From the NCBI GenBank assembly GCA_949358305.1, contig OX442314.1:6758001-6822000 (forward strand): a stretch of 64,000 nucleotides of DNA. The letters are read 5' to 3'. This document shows, piece by piece, positions 22,238 through 55,360 of the stretch. Source of the DNA: Strigamia acuminata (lineage: Eukaryota). The notes beneath the pieces were generated by a model that was not told where the DNA came from, searched no databases, and worked only from the letters and a program-made list of their open reading frames with translations. A program made the translations under genes and the position numbers. Each line of letters opens with the position of its first letter. Position 1 is the stretch's first letter.

Positions 22238-22532
22238 AATGTTGAGTTGAATTGCATTGTGGGATTGATGATTGCATAAAGCGGGCACGAATGAGCTTTT
22301 AGAAGGAAAATAGACTTTTATCTGAGCTACAAAAGTTAGTAGAAGAAGGAGAAGAAAGTGCATCAAGCAGCAGTGAGGAAGAGAGCACATCAAGCAGCAG
22401 TGATAATAGAAAAAGCAAAACGAATAGCAGTGAGGAAACCACATCAGGCAGTAGTAGCGATTACGACCACAAGATGGCGCCACAAACGACAACAGAGGAG
22501 GAATTCCAGCACTCACCCACAACAACTTTGCT

Positions 22533-24763
22533 ATGTGGGCGTGCAGATTGGAGGACAGATTAAGAGGCAAAAAATTATGGAAAAGTGTAATATTGGAGGG
22601 CGAACCACCTAAAAGCCAGGTGAAAGGAGATGATGCTGACAAGAAGTGGAATGAATATGATGACAAAAATGCCAAAGCCAAGATGATAATGATTGACAAT
22701 ATGTGTGAATCCAAGCAAATGATCAACATGCATGAGCGCAGTGCAAAAACATTGTGGCAACAAATAGAAACAGACATGCAGAGCACCGCTGAGAGAACCA
22801 AACTAGAGGCACACCATGAAGTCACACACATAACAATGCAGAAAAATGAAACCATTGATGAGTATTGCAACAGAGCGCAGGGACTCAGACAGTGCTTTTT
22901 GCAAGCTGGGGGAAAGATGGAGGAAACCGAATTGATTTTCCACATCAAAAATGGATTAAGAAGGTAATTTCAAAATGCAAAGGAAGCATTAAATTTCCAA
23001 ACTGGCATAAAAATGGCCGATTTGAGAAGCTGACTAAAGCTGTGCAAAGGAGAAAAACAAAATAACGAAAAAAAAACCACAGAGAACATACAAAAAGCCA
23101 GAGAGAACAGAAATATAATTTGCTATAATTGCTCAGGCAGGGGCCATTACAAAAGAGATTGTCGCAGCAAGCAAAAATGTTATAATTGCGGACGCCCAGG
23201 GCATTTGATAGCAGACTGCAAAGATGAGCAAAAACCGGAAAGTGACAGCAACAGAGGTCGTGGCAGAGGAAAAGGAAACTTTGGAAACCGAGGAAGAGGA
23301 AGAAGGCAGAAACAAAACGTGATGACAGCTGTTGAGAAGCCAAACAAGCATATTTGTGAAGAAATAGCTGAAACAATATGGAAAACTGAATTTAAGAGAA
23401 ACAAAGATGACGACCTGATCCCACATGAAACTTTAGTTGCAACAGGGCGAAAAATTAAGATATGCAACTGTATGGAAAATGATAAAGAATTGAAAGTAGA
23501 AAGATCTATGATGGTTGCATTTGCAGCAAAACACGGAAAACTCGTACGATTACACAACGTAAAAACAGCGTATTTGAACGCAAAATTTAAGGAAAAAATA
23601 TGGATGTAACAACCCGATGTATTCAAGGAAAAAGGGAGAGAAGATGAAGTTTGCTATTTGATACGAAGCGTATATGGACTAAAACAAAGTGGACGGACTT
23701 AGAATGAGCTGATTGACCAAATATTGAAATCAATGAGACTAAAGCAATCCAAGGATGATGATTGATGAATGCTTGTATTATATATTCATTGAAGTAGATT
23801 ATATGATAATTGGATTACACGTGGATGACATGTTATCAGTGGCTAGCAACATAACATTTGAAAACAAGATTTTGGAAAAACTAAGAAAAGCAGTAAATCT
23901 AGTTACCCTAGGAGACGCAAAGACTGTTTTAGGAATGCAACTAGAACAAACAGAAGGAAAAAAATTTTGTGCATCAGAAAGCTTACGTACAGAAATTACT
24001 GGAAATGTACAGCCTAGACAAATGCAACGGCGCAAAGTCACCGGGAGAACCAAACCAAAACATTGACAAATGCCAAGAAAGCAAAAAAACGGATAGGAAA
24101 ATGCATCAAGAACTGTTAGGAAGATTACTATACTTGGCAACACACACCAGATCAGACCTAAGTTTCACGTTTGGAAATTTATCGCGTTACAACCAAGAAC
24201 CGAGAGAGATACATCTGGAAGGATTAAAAAGAGTTCTACGTTATCTCAAATGAACTGAAAATTATGGCATCACGTACGGAAGCGAAAGGAAAACATTAGA
24301 AGTATTTACTGATGCTAGCTGGGATAGAACGTTGGACAGCAAATCATTTTCAGGATTATTAGTTTTATATGGTAAAGATTTAATACATTGGAAATCAAAG
24401 AAGCAGAAATTCGTAGCACAATCAACGAACGAAAGCGAATTGGAAGCATTTCATGAAGGCATCAAAGAACTGATCTGCCACAGAGATTTAATTGAGGATT
24501 TGAATAAAGAAGATTTGCAGAGAAAAGGAAAAATTTATTGTGACAGTTTGAATGTGATAACACTAATGACTAAAGGGACGCACAAGATGCAAACAAAATT
24601 TTTAAATAGAAGAGTTAATTTGGCTAAAGACCTGATTACAAGTCAAGAAGTGGAAGTCGAACATATTCCAGGAAAAGAGCAATTAGCGGATTTCTTAACC
24701 AAGAATTTATCCGGAGTGAAGATCAAAGAAGTTATGAACATTTTAATGAACAGTAGTGTTTGA
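22533..24763 (+). pseudogene. Copia gag-pol remnant (gag, two zinc knuckles, RT, RNase H; protease/integrase apparently deleted)
   Basis: Gag-like 22533-22967; [14 protein letters not shown] and [14 protein letters not shown] at ~23120-23220; Copia RT motifs [23 protein letters not shown]; RNase H FTDASW and QLADFLTK; multiple stops and frameshifts. Confidence 0.88.
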
Positions 24764-24819
24764 ATTATTGAAAGTGTTGTTTTAAGTGTTTGAATAATTA
24801 TAATAACAAGAGGGGGATT

Positions 24820-25053
24820 TGTTAGAGAGTTTTGTTACAATAATTAATGTGTTAGAGATTAAGTTGATTTGTGGAACAAGTTTGTTATTATTAATGTTGA
24901 GTTGAATTGCATTGTGGGATTGTTAGAACTTGATGATTGTTGGTGAAAATCAGTGCAAGCGCTTGTGTGTAATTTGGAACCATTTGGACAATATACCAGT
25001 TTGTTTGTTTATCAAAATGCGGATGTGTGGACATTTATTTAAGAAAACTAACA
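24820..25053 (+). repeat. 3' LTR of the Copia element (234 bp)
   Basis: TGTTAG...CTAACA terminal inverted repeat; matches 9292-9368 plus 22238-22274; shows the uninterrupted site TTAATGTTGAG. Confidence 0.85.
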
Positions 25054-27009
25054 GCTATACTCGAGTAGCCTTCAAAATGCATCTTTACAAAGTGTACTCC
25101 CATTCGTCAACCAGTTTACTGGTGTAGTGATCCGGAAAAGTAGACCCAAACACCAGAATTGCATTACAATGTACAGACATTGTAATCGATTGCCTAGGCA
25201 ACGGCCTAAAATTCCAACTTCCAGACGATGTAAGCAATAAACACAACAAACATGAGTTTGACATTTTTTAATGTGTAAAACTTCATTTTATTGATGGAAT
25301 TATTAATTTTTATTAAATAAAATCAAAAAAACATTAATAAAACTAGTCATAACAAGCACAACAATAAGTAAAAATTAAAACTACTTCTCCTAGTAGTAGT
25401 ATACAGTCTAGAGTTAGTAGTAAACTGGCTGACCTTGAAACTGACGAATGGGAGTACACTTTGTAAAGATGCATTTTGAAGGCTACTCGAGTATTCTTGC
25501 AAATTATTTCTATCGATCTGATTAACGATTTTTTTTTCAATTTTCATTCATTTTACAACCGCTGGGGTTTGACTTTTACTATTCAAAACAGACTTACTAT
25601 AGACAGACATAAATAAGACGCACTTACCTGATCGTGTTGGCTAATCGCGATGAAGTAATGTGAGCGGTGGATGTTTAAACGGTCTAAAATTGCACACTCA
25701 GCGTCCTCGTGCTCGTGGCTTTGGGCAAACAGGATGTGGGCCATGGGTCAAGGAAATGCGACACAACTCCAACTAGCACTGGCACAAAACAACAACAGAT
25801 CGAAAGCTCGGAGGATTCTGTGTACAAAATGTAATTACAGTGAAAGAAAGTATTGATATCTTTTTTTGTTGTATCTTCTTTGGTGTCGATTAAAAATAAA
25901 TATTTTATCATTTTTTTGAAATTAACTGCTAATGGAACAGTAATCGATTCGTATGTTGCACCATTAATTCTATAATTATTGAAACAAGTAATTGATTTTT
26001 GCTTTCTTCACCCATTCCCACCAAAAGGTCAAAATTTTTATTCGTGTCAAAACTGATTTTTGGTTTTTCTCTGTAAAAATTAAAGTGTTTTGCCACAACT
26101 AATTGCCGAATTAAACGACGTAAAATTTACTCCGTTGACCAATAAGGAATCAATGGCTCCTACCTTTGATTTTTTATATTTGTTTGGTTGATTTTTGGTT
26201 TTTTTTTTTCTTCCTGTGATTGGAGTTTACATGACAAAAAGTTCCAAGATCATCCTCTGAACGTTTAAATAATTATTAGTGGCGAAGGTCCTTGTGTTGA
26301 GTTGTTTTAAGACGAATTTCGTTATTTGATAGTTGCTGGAAATTGCAATACAACGCTCAATATTTGGCCCGTATCTCATTTAATGTCTAGATTAATCTAT
26401 GAAAAGCAATTATCTTCTTACGAAGGTTTCAATTACATTTTGTTCCACCCCTGCTACACCCGTCAACGAAATTGTGAAAAAGCTCATTAAAATCTCTTTA
26501 AATTTATGAACAATAATTGATAATTGATCGCGATGAGTTCATAAATGTAAACAAGTTTTGATGAGCTTTTTCACAACTTCATTGAAGGGCGTCGATTGGC
26601 AACGGCGCTTTGAGCCAGCTGCAATAGTGAAGGTCCGAGTCTTCGATCAATATGTGACGATCCTACCTCTTTGGTAATATTAATTACCGAGTTGTCCAGA
26701 GTGTGGAGTCCAATCCGTACAGTTTTCTCACGTAATATTCTATGAATCCATATAGGCGGCAAGCTCAACAAGCGGCAACTGGCTGATCTGTATGTGGCGT
26801 CTTCAACGGCGGTGTCAGAAATGTCCAGTCTCTGACGATTTGGCAAACACTGGCACATTTGTTTGCACGCATTGGCTGTCGGTGGACATTCGGAGAACAT
26901 TTCTATCATCATCAGAATCGTGCGAATAGAGACAATTAGTAGAATTAAAACAATTTTTTTTTAAGAATGTCGCACACAGCAATGGCACATTGCATGTGAA
27001 TCTCTTTTG

Positions 27010-27229
27010 ACTTAAAATGTCGATTTTTGGCTTAAAATGTCGATTTTTGGCTTAAAATGTCGATTTTTGGCTAAAAATGTCGATTTTTGGCTAAAAATGT
27101 CGATTTTTGGCTTAAAATGTCGATTTTTGGCTTAAAATGTCAATTTTTGGCTAAAAATGTCGATTTTTGGCTTAAAATGTCGATTTTTGGCTTAAAATGT
27201 CGATGTTTGGCTTAAAATGTCGATTTTTG
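27010..27229. repeat. 20-bp tandem repeat (~11 copies)
   Basis: CTTAAAATGTCGATTTTTGG units with no spacers. Confidence 0.9.
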
Positions 27230-28199
27230 CTTCAGTATTATTGATTTGGAATAGTCGGCTCGGCCAATGGGAGAAGGCCACTTATTTGAGTTGAACAAGA
27301 GTATAGTTGTTGCATATCGTATGCGCCATTTGTACTACATAATTTGAATAATACATACCTTATCATTGTACAGTGGGTTGCTATGAGATCGTCCTCTAGC
27401 AACCCACTCCATTCTTCTACAATAAACAATTAGTCGACTCACAAAATCAATCCGAACAGTCAAGTCCTTCTTTACTGGCCAGTAGGCCCAAACGAAGATG
27501 TTCTATGACGACCAGAACCCCACAATGGCCCGAATCCAAATCCAATAGACTCATCACTACTATGTTACGTCTATCAATAGGTTTATTTCTACGATTTACA
27601 CAATACTACAAATTGTGTATTTCAGGTGCACAACTAAGGTATTTTTCTCTTCAAGTTCTTGAGATGTGCTCTGCTGGGATCCGAGGCCATTCCCAGCAGA
27701 GGCACTTCAGAAATGAAGAGAGAAAGTGCATGTGAAAGGTTGATATTAGATACTAAAACAGTTGTGATAAAAGTAATGTTTTGAATGAAAAATTTTACAT
27801 TTTACATTTATATACAAACAAGATTAAATAAAATTAATTAATTCAGTGAAAATCACTTTTTGAATGTAACTGGTGTGTTAATGTTCTTTCAGATGTTAAA
27901 TGTTAATGATACTCAACTAGTGTATTTGTGTATTTAAGAACGCGAAAAAAAAGTCTGCATTGATGTGTATTGCCATATACATTTTATTGGAAGCAAATTT
28001 TCTAATGCAGAATGAGAACCAAGAATAATGCACAGGCACAATGTGAGGACTTTTAGCGTTACTCAGGCATAATGTGAGAACCGTACACAGAACACCACAA
28101 TTGTGCTACTAAATCTACCACAGAATACCAAAATTGTGGTTCTAAATCTGCCACAGAACAGGAAATCTTTATGATAAAGAGAGGGGACTCATTTTTGTA

Positions 28200-29764
28200 A
28201 GGTGCGCGCCATAAGTATGGAATAATCAGTTTTTTTATAATATTTTTTTTTACGCTTCATCTAGAATCAAACCAATTTTTTAATCCATGTATTTTATCTT
28301 TTGAATTCGTTTAAAATCAACAAGTTTATAATTTTTCTAGAAAAATAAATTTGGCAGTGATTTTACACAAAAATGGGGGTGACATAAGTATGGAATATTT
28401 CAGGTTTGATGCAAAAAAATGAATAAAATTAATGTCACCTAACATGCCTTTGTCTGATTAGTTAATCAGTGAATATGTCATCAATTTTCTGCCATTTTTA
28501 AATTGTATTACTTGCTATTTTCTTATTTTGAAGCCATCCCTTATACAAAACTTGCAACCACTGTGGAAATCGCTGAAATAAAGCGATTAAAGTCACTGGG
28601 CCTCTCCAAACAGCAAATCCATAGAAGATCAGGAAGAAATTAATCAATTATATCAAAAGCCCTAACCCAAAGATGAAAATCAAATATGGAAGCAAGACGG
28701 GGAGGATCAAAAGTGACCATGCAGCAAGTTGACAGGAATATTTTGTGCCTGGCACTGACTCTGCTGTTGTCTGCAAATGAAATTTGCACACATGTAGATG
28801 TAATTGTATCTTTAGCAAACAATTCAAAGCAGACTAAACAATTGTGATCACCTCTGTTATAAAAAATAGCTGTACAACTGTGGTTAACTGAAGTCCATAA
28901 ATTGAAGTGCTCTGATTAGACTAATACCAAGCTGCCCTGGACCAAATCATGAAACTGGGTGCTTTTTACAGACAAAATACAGTTCAACTTAGATGGTCTG
29001 GATGGTTAGTGTAATAAATGGCAAGATTTAAGGAGAGAAGAGAAGTTTTCTCAATGGGCAGAATCAAGTGATGGTTTGGGTGACATTCGGGCGAAAAATA
29101 CAGGCAATCATCATAATAATGAAAGGATGGAAAGATTCACAGAAGTATAAGGAAGTGTTGAACATGCATTTATTGCCATTTGGATGGAAAATTGTGGCAA
29201 TAAATGGGTGTTTCAGCAAGACAATGCTCACTGCATGGTCACTTTTGGTCTTCCCTGTCTGCTTTCACATTTGGATTTCATGTTTTGGTTAGAATTTTTT
29301 ATGCAATTGACTAATTTCTTTCAATTTCTTCCTAATCTTCTATCAATTTGTTGTTTGGCGAGCCCCAGTGCCTTTAATCGCTTTATTTCAGCGATTTCCA
29401 CAGTGGTTGCAAGTTTTGTACAAGGGATGGCTTCAAAATAAGAAAATAGCAAGTAATACAATTCAAAAATGGCAGAAAATTGATGACATATTCACTGATT
29501 AACTAATCAGACAAAGGCATGTTATGTGATATTAATTTTATTTATTTTTTTGCATCAAACCTGAAATATTCCATACTTATGTCACCCCCATTTTTGTGTA
29601 AAATCACTGCCAAATTTATTTTTCTAGAAAAATTATATACTTGTTAATTTTAAACGAATTCAAAGGACAAAATACATGGATTAAAAAATTGGTTTGATTC
29701 TAGATGAAGCGTAAAAAAAAATATTACAAAAAAACTGATGATTCCATACTTATGGCGCGCACCT
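28200..29764 (+). mobile_element. Defective Tc1/mariner (Tc3-like) element with ~525-bp inverted arms
   Basis: TA-flanked termini AGGTGCGCGCCATAAGTATGG / CCATACTTATGGCGCGCACCT; internal fragments WVLFTD..FNLDG.DG, VMVW, WVFQQDNA with stops. Confidence 0.85.
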
Positions 29765-29889
29765 TATCTCAATTTATTTTTTGAGATTGCAAATGTAGTT
29801 AAAATAATAATATCGCATTTGCCCTCACAATTCATGCTGGTTGCTTGCAATTGGCTGCCAGATAGGTTTTTTTTAATGAATTATTACTT

Positions 29890-30525
29890 TTGATTGCAGA
29901 TGATACTTCAAATTGGCCCAAATGTTCTCAATTGGATTGAGATCTGCTACTTTCGCCGGCCAATGGAGCAATTCCGCATGCAAGTTCGCCGCCAGCCACT
30001 GCCTGGTGATTTTGACTGTGTAATCCGGCGCCCTGTCATGCTGAAAAGCCTATGGTTCATCACTGAACCGGCGATGGCAGCTTGGCAGGAAAGTCATCTC
30101 CAGGACCTCCACATACAATGCAGCTGTCAGGTGGCCTGTCAGATGACAAATTTGTCCAAGACCACGTTGTGACATCCAGCCTCAGACATTCACGCTAAAG
30201 CGTCCACTGTGTTCCTGTAATAAAAGTGTATTTTTTAATAAATTTTTAAGTTAATTTGAAGTATTTTTATACAACAGATCTTACTTTTGTTGGAATGAAA
30301 GCCGGATCAAACCTGTCTCCGACTGAACAGTGCACATGGACCTGACCATTGCCACCAACACCCATTAGAGAAGACCACATTCTGCCAGTCCCGCTGCAGG
30401 TTGACTTCAGCAAATTGAGCCCTTGCTGCACAGTGCACATCTGAAATAATATCCTTTTGTGCAGCTATGCAGCTGTTCAACCCGCCTTCGCATAACCTCC
30501 TGTGCACAGTCCATGAGGACTCCGG
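29890..30525 (-). pseudogene. Tc1-like transposase relic, apparently with a 70-bp intron
   Basis: WTVHRRLCEGGLNS..ARAQFA..DWQNVVFS (HTH/linker), FQHD.AP, DLNPIENIW; GT..AG segment 30284-30215; related fragment on the plus strand at ~1825-1930. Confidence 0.75.
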
Positions 30526-33508
30526 ATGAATTGAATAAAACTCAATCAAAAGGCACTTTAAAAACTCAGTCATTAGATAACATATTAAATTATGAGAAAA
30601 CACTTAAAATTGTAAAAATCATGAGCGAAGACCCGAAACCAGTCAAATCGTTTTGTAAACCAATACAAATGTCCATTTGAGCATTACCCTATATAACAAA
30701 ACAGAAAAGGAATGTGAATTCTAGTAAATTTAAGTGAGTACATTTCTGTGCACACATAAACAGTGATATGGCAGGCAACCCTGACCACTGTTGAATGGGT
30801 GGTGCCCTGATAAGCCTGGCATTATATGCGTCCACACACAAAAAATATGACAATTTCTTTATATATACATGGATATTTGTGGGTAATCATGCCATGCTAA
30901 TAGTTAAAATCGGAGCTGAGGTGCGGAAAGAAGTGAATATCTGAAATACCTGCAGTTAACACTTTGGAATAAATTTTTTTGGATGGAAGCCTTTTTACAC
31001 ATAAAATAAGCTATTTTGTTCCCTTCACATGGATTATCCTTAGTATTTTCTTCGTATGGTCTATGTTATTAAATGAAAGTTAGTTAGTATAACCATAATT
31101 TCATTTCTTCAATTTGTTACCTTAAATACTTGAAGGTCTAACTTGTTCAACCCTCCATAGTGTAAATTCAATGGTGCCATGATGTTGACTTCATCTGTTG
31201 GATGTAATTACATCTAATTGTAGTGTTATAAGAACAAAGTTTGTGACGTGTGATTGTTTGGAAATAATATTCCCAAATCCAGGATAATTTTCAATTTAGC
31301 TGTTGAATTTCCGGGTATTAAATTTTTTTTAAAAGACATGCTTGGCCACCCAAGGATGTCTAGTGTCACGGTCAGTGTCCAGTACGAATTCGATACTGGC
31401 ACAATCAAAAGTCGCATATCGGCCACCGTTGGCGAGATATAAGCGAAAATCTGATTTTTCCAGTTTTTATTTCAATTGTAAATAACTGGCAACACGTTTA
31501 TATTTTTAAAAAAAAATTCTTTATTCACCGTAATCAATTTGAATAAGTGACAATCAAAAGAGAAATTTGTTGGCAAATACATTAATCTTATTTATAAAAA
31601 GCAATAGCCCAAAATAACACTTGTAAGTAAAGTTCTCCATCAGTTATTGTTAATCAAATTTGACAAATTAACATAATTCTTTTAACAGGCTGGAAGACTT
31701 AGAAATTAACTAATTTGTATAACCAAAAATAAACAAAAGAAATATTTCCTTATTTTTTTCTCATCTTTCTTACTTTTATACAAAAAAATTATCCAACATA
31801 AAATAGACAAATAAATTCACAACCTCCTTCAATTGAATGCAAACATATCTTACTTATTATTATGCATATATTTAAGTAGTGCATTCACTGATTGTCTCAC
31901 AATTTCACAATCTTTTAAAATAAAATTAAGATAAGTAATGTATAAGAAGAAAAATATCTATTGCATTTTTCTACATCTAAAAGCAGATCCAGAAATTCCA
32001 TTTAAAAAAAAATATTAAATTTTAAGAAAGAAAAATTCAAAAATTGTGATAAAATAAACAAAAAAATTTTTTTTTATCCTTTTAAATTTGTGATGATGAA
32101 GATGTAACAAGAATTTGATATATAAAATTTGTGATGAGATGAATCAGTATTCCAACAGGAAGAAATTAATTCTTTTCCTTTCTTTCTTTCATTCTCAGTA
32201 ACAATTGACCAAACTGTACAAGATTGTAGTAAAAATAGTTGAATTAATTGCTCGTTGTAAGGAAGAAGAATAAGAAGACTAAATTTAATATGGAATCAAA
32301 GATTATTCCTAACCGTGCAAATTATTGGATGGAATGTGCAACCGGTGTGTGCCATTTGAATAAAACTTGAGAAATACACCAAATTCTCCAAATTAAACTT
32401 TAAGTTTACATGCCACATGTAAATACCGCATTTGAATTGTAACCGCCCTCGAATAGTAGCCGCGGCCATTATTTGCAGAAATACTGTATGTGCAGAAAAT
32501 ATCTTCTGGGTGCCCATTGATATCCAAATGACATCCACATTCATCAAGTGAGCATTCAGTAGACACCCAATGAATGAAGTGCAGATTAGGTCATAAATGG
32601 GCATCCACAAAATGTCATAAATTGAACATCCGAACACAGTCTCACGATGGCAAGCAGTGAAAAGTGTGACTGCTTTAACACTAAAACAACCAGAATTTCC
32701 CCCTACCTAGAACGACCAAAACCGGTCATAATAACGCATTGAGTAAATAGTATTTTAATAATTTTTAATGGCTAAATAATAAATTAATGTGCATTTTAAG
32801 AATGACTAGATATAGTTTAATCTATATCGGGGAACCAAATCTATCCAAAATTGTATGTGTTAGAAATCAAAATTTCCGTTTTAATTGAATCAGGTTTTAT
32901 AAAATCCATCAATTTTCGTTTTACTATTTTCTTCGCATGTATTACATATTTCTCAATTTAAGACAAATGAATATTACGCCAAAACGTTGTATCCACGTAT
33001 TGTTCATGTTATTTCGACCGGTCATTTTGAAAGGTTTGGGTCTAATTCTCTCTATTTGTTATTATTTATTAAGAAAAATGCCACGTTTGCTGATTTATGA
33101 TGTAAAGCATCATAAATCAGCTAAAGTAAAAAAACAACAACATTGTAAACCCATTGGGTCAAAATTACCAGTCTGGCGGTTCTAGTGTTATTAAGATATT
33201 TTTCCAAATTAAAAAAAAAAATCTTTTCTTGGTAATTAATTGTGTGTTTGGTTGTTTTTCCAATATAAATATTATTATTTTTTGTTAATTCTCTGCCTTT
33301 CGGAACAAAACATTGACGATTGGTTTGAAAAATAGATGTTGAAATTTTCAATTTTTCACATTTGGCACACCATAGCTGCGAATGCTCGACCATTCCAAGT
33401 TGCATAAGGCAAAACATATTTAGCGAGCGAGCGAGCAATGAGTAGAAATTGCAAAAAGGCAAAAAGATTGTAACTGCCGCCACCGAACGAACGAAAGCCA
33501 TCGATGTG

Positions 33509-53979
<20,471 letters not shown>

Positions 53980-54862
53980 CGTGCAGGCACAATGAGCAAC
54001 GGTGTGTTTCTCAACCGCTTTCTCATCCAACCTCTTTCACTCCTCTGCTCCCTGGCTGGGCTGGCGGTGATGGCGCCACGAAGCATGTTTGGTTCCGGTG
54101 TTGGGTCATGTGACGGATAGCCTCGAACGGTGCGGAAATAACCTCGAATGTGAAATTTAATTAATTAATGGTTTTAGTGGTTCTGAAATGGAATAAAATG
54201 TATTTTAAATTAATGTTTGTTTAAGGGAATCCGAGGGAATCGGTTTGGTTAATTCGGAATATGATTTTCAATGTGAGTTTTGAAGGCAGTGATACGCATA
54301 AATGAACTGGAATTTGAAAACAACCTGCTCAATAAATTAATTAATTGAATTAATTGAATTAATGAATGTATAATAAATTTTATATTTTATTTCGCAGGTT
54401 GTTTTTATATTCCAGTTCATTTAAATCGATTCAGTTAATTTTAAATCAAATAAATTTGAAACAGAAATTTTATATGTAATTCACAACTGAACTGGAAAAA
54501 TAATAAGTTCGTGTAACTGAAAAAGAAAATTTAAAAAATGAAATAAAATGCTTCGAATGATTCGGAAAATATCTTTAAAATTCAAAAAATTATAATAATT
54601 TAATTTAATATGAATTTTCTACAACTTTTGATTTTAAAAAGCGGACACAACCGAACTGGAAAATCACTACACAGATTTCGAGATTTAAAATCCCGATCAA
54701 AACGACATAACAAACACAAAAAAAAAATATTCAAACAAAAAAACAACCGAAATAAACAAATAAAAACAAACAAAACCTCAATTCAAAACCCGGAAACAAA
54801 AAATTAAAAAACTAATAATTAATTCAACAAGGATAAATCCATGACGTAATTTTCTCGTCAAC

Positions 54863-55360
54863 ATGGCGCCCGCAACCCCGAACGATTCCGTGTCCAAACC
54901 CGACGGTCCGCTTGCCCCGATCCAAGTCGAACCCAACGTGCGGCTTTCCCACGAGCAATCGTCCGGCTGGCTCTACAAAAAAGCCCGCTTCTCCCAAAAA
55001 TGGAGGCGGCAGTGGTTCCTAGTTGACAGGAACGTCCTCAGATATGGCAACTCGGAAAAGGTGAAACACATCTATAAAAAAAAAAACGGAATTTTTGTCG
55101 ACAAAAGTGAAAAATTGCATATTTTTGCACGAATTTTGCAGGAAAACGGCAAGAAAATAGTGCTGGAAGGCGCCAGGATCCTGGAATCAAACATGGACAA
55201 TAAAATGCACGCGTTTTCGGTGCAACCACGAGCGGGCAAACGAATTTACTACCTGCAAGCCGATGACGAAATCAGCAGGAATAAGTGGATGCAGACCATT
55301 TGTTTCGCGAAGATGGTGAACGGGATCGAAGAGAAAGGAAGCGCGTGTGCGATTTTGTAA
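54863..55360 (+). CDS. Small PH-domain protein with C-terminal CaaX motif (two exons, ~138 aa)
   Basis: SGWLYKK..WRRQWF..L.Y..HAFSV..RIYYLQAD..RNKWMQTI is a PH fold; intron 55061-55141 (AAG|GTGAAA...TTTTGCAG|G); ends CAIL-stop. Confidence 0.85.
   Translation: MAPATPNDSVSKPDGPLAPIQVEPNVRLSHEQSSGWLYKKARFSQKWRRQWFLVDRNVLRYGNSEKVKHIYKKKNGIFVDKSEKLHIFARILQENGKKIVLEGARILESNMDNKMHAFSVQPRAGKRIYYLQADDEISRNKWMQTICFAKMVNGIEEKGSACAIL

Larger units (their letters stand above)
9292..25053 (+). mobile_element. Degenerate, internally deleted Ty1/Copia LTR retrotransposon whose 5' LTR is interrupted by the Gypsy element
   Basis: LTR start TGTTAGAGAG at 9292 and 24820; 3' LTR ends CTAACA at 25053; TSD GCTAC (9287-9291) / GCTAT (25054-25058); PPT AAGAGGGGGA at ~24808-24817; 5' LTR resumes at 22238 after the Gypsy insertion. 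Confidence 0.88.

Noticed and set aside
25600..27750. Possible degraded gene (ORFs 26571-26912, 27238-27429)
   Set aside because: No recognisable domain or consistent exon chain in any frame.
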